Shown here in pieces: positions 62,828 to 64,000 of a DNA stretch of 64,000 nucleotides. Made by a program: the position numbers and the translations under genes. Within the stretch, counting starts at the first letter, position 1. Each line of letters opens with the position of its first letter. Source of the DNA: Longimicrobiales bacterium (GTDB taxonomy: Bacteria > Gemmatimonadota > Gemmatimonadetes > Longimicrobiales > Gaopeijiaceae); contig OZ242008.1 in the NCBI GenBank assembly GCA_965204735.1, positions 904,191 to 968,190 on the forward strand, given 5' to 3'. The notes under the pieces are model-generated. The model was not told the DNA's origin, searched no databases, and saw only the letters and a list, made by a program, of their open reading frames with translations.

Positions 62828-63373
62828 ATGGACCCCTCACCTCCAAATCGCGAGGCTCCACCCAACAGCGCTCGCCCTGGGCCGGGCTCGGCCCGTGCGG
62901 TCCGCCCGGTCATCCTCTTCGACGGCGTGTGCAACCTGTGCAACGCCATGGTCCGATGGGTCGTGGAGCACGACGTCCACGGCCACTTCCGCTTCGCTCC
63001 TCTTCAGTCCAAGGAGGCGCGTCGGCTCTTGAGTGCCGCCGGTGCGGACATGGGCTGCGCGGACGCGGGCGCCGGAGACGCCGCCCCCCGGGGCGCCAAG
63101 CCCGACAGCGGCGCGACGCCCCCGGGCAGCAACGACACCGTGGCGCTGGTGGACCAGGACGGAGTTCACCTGCGGTCTGCCGCGGCGATCCGCGTGGCCA
63201 AGCGCTTGGACTTTCCGTGGTCGCTGCTGGGGTGGCTGTCCGCCGCGCCGCGCCCCCTCCGCGACGCCGCCTACGACTTCGTGGCCAGGAACCGCTACCG
63301 CTGGTTCGGGCGAAGAGCGACTTGCCCGGTGCCCGGTCCCGGCTTGGCCGAGCGGTTTCTGGACTCGGAGTAA
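62828..63373 (+). CDS. Thiol-disulfide oxidoreductase DCC family (DUF393)
   Basis: It has 'VILFDGVCNLCNAMVRWVVEHD' (CxxC) and 'YDFVARNRYRWFG'. The start is uncertain, at 62768 or 62828. Confidence 0.75.
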   Translation: MDPSPPNREAPPNSARPGPGSARAVRPVILFDGVCNLCNAMVRWVVEHDVHGHFRFAPLQSKEARRLLSAAGADMGCADAGAGDAAPRGAKPDSGATPPGSNDTVALVDQDGVHLRSAAAIRVAKRLDFPWSLLGWLSAAPRPLRDAAYDFVARNRYRWFGRRATCPVPGPGLAERFLDSE

Positions 63374-63399
63374 GTGTTTCGTCCGCCGCCGGCCGCGTG

Positions 63400-63975
63400 T
63401 CATTGGCCCTCCCTCGGGTGCTTGACCCAGTCGTTCAGCAAGTAGATCGCCCCTCCGTCGAAGGCGGCGACCAGCTCGTGGTCGGGCGGATGCGCTTCCA
63501 CGAGCTCCCTGGCGAACGTCCGCGCAGTGTCGGCGGGGCTCCTCAGGTAGAGCACGAAGAGGCGCCCGCCGTCGGCCTTCCCGGCGCTCGCCGGCCCCAG
63601 CCAAGGTTCGGAGGTCGACGTCTCCGGCGCCACTCGGTGCACCGACCAACGGCCTTCGGACGTCCCCAGGGGGAAGTAGAAGCCTGCGTCGTTGTCGATC
63701 CGGCCGAAGTGCTTCATGTGGAGCACCGCGAAGTTCGCCAGCCAGTTGATCGTGGTGAAGTAGTCGCCGGATTCCATCCGGCCCGCTGTTGCCGCCGCCA
63801 TGGCCGGCAAGCGCCACGCCGGGCCAGGCGGCTTGATGTACGTCCCGGGCTGCGCCGACCAAAGGGCGAGGGCGCCGGCAACCAGCACGGTCGCAGTCCA
63901 TACAGCCGCGCTCCGGCCGGGTCCCGCAGCGACCCTTGGCCAACGGATTCCCATCCGGGCGACGGCCTGCTCCAA
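63400..63975 (-). CDS. Hypothetical membrane-anchored protein
   Basis: It is a 191-aa ORF with one N-terminal hydrophobic helix 'AAVWTATVLVAGALALW'. No family recognised. Confidence 0.4.
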   Translation of the reverse strand: MEQAVARMGIRWPRVAAGPGRSAAVWTATVLVAGALALWSAQPGTYIKPPGPAWRLPAMAAATAGRMESGDYFTTINWLANFAVLHMKHFGRIDNDAGFYFPLGTSEGRWSVHRVAPETSTSEPWLGPASAGKADGGRLFVLYLRSPADTARTFARELVEAHPPDHELVAAFDGGAIYLLNDWVKHPREGQ

Positions 63976-64000
63976 GGCGAACGCCGCACCGACGCCTGCT

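Noticed and set aside
1-64000. tRNA, rRNA, transposase, integrase or prophage genes that might explain the low-GC islands.
   Set aside because: I found no tRNA-like T-arm or acceptor pattern in the intergenic regions, no rRNA-like sequence, and no DDE, tyrosine- or serine-recombinase motifs in any convincing ORF. This rests on visual inspection only, so tRNAscan, Infernal and ISfinder searches should confirm it.

Overview
This is a high-GC bacterial chromosomal segment. Hand counts on a few 60-nt lines give about 63-70% GC in the core genes. The gene content includes BNR/sortilin-like and FG-GAP/VCBS proteins, M14 and M28 peptidases, a Rieske plus cytochrome b/c fusion, and a Planctomycete-type cytochrome c. 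This resembles environmental Gemmatimonadota- or Planctomycetota-like lineages, but I cannot assign taxonomy from sequence alone. I support about 50 CDS. I recognised no rRNA, tRNA, CRISPR array, transposase or integrase. Many long ORFs in the track are antisense or alternate-frame artefacts typical of high-GC DNA. Most of the window is housekeeping: metY, panB, an arsM-like gene, SDRs, a hydantoinase/oxoprolinase fusion, an amidase, MoaD, a DegT-type aminotransferase, transporters and peptidases. Three accessory regions stand out. (1) At 29.1-41.9 kb on the minus strand, a low-GC four-gene operon places a catalytically inactive Argonaute (MID-PIWI) between a DUF1156-type DNA methyltransferase and a DUF499 ATPase, downstream of an SNF2/DUF3883 helicase. 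The Argonaute is fused to an N-terminal Schlafen/AlbA_2 plus HATPase_c_4 module. This is my top candidate for an undescribed composite defence system. (2) At 3.6-8.4 kb, a standalone signal-anchored C39 peptidase is translationally coupled to four paralogous Cys-rich G-[SA]-G peptides. These are followed by a TlpA-like thioredoxin, a membrane protein and an ABC transporter, which together look like a bacteriocin-like locus. (3) At 2.8-3.4 kb, a peroxiredoxin-like gene has an in-frame UGA exactly at the first Cys of its CxxC motif, so it is a predicted selenoprotein. Smaller observations are a HIRAN-like protein, an ImmA/IrrE gene next to a decayed DUF4411 PIN-like gene, several intergenic tandem repeats including in-frame repeats at gene 3' ends, and a phased TGTCC array next to an AT-rich palindrome.
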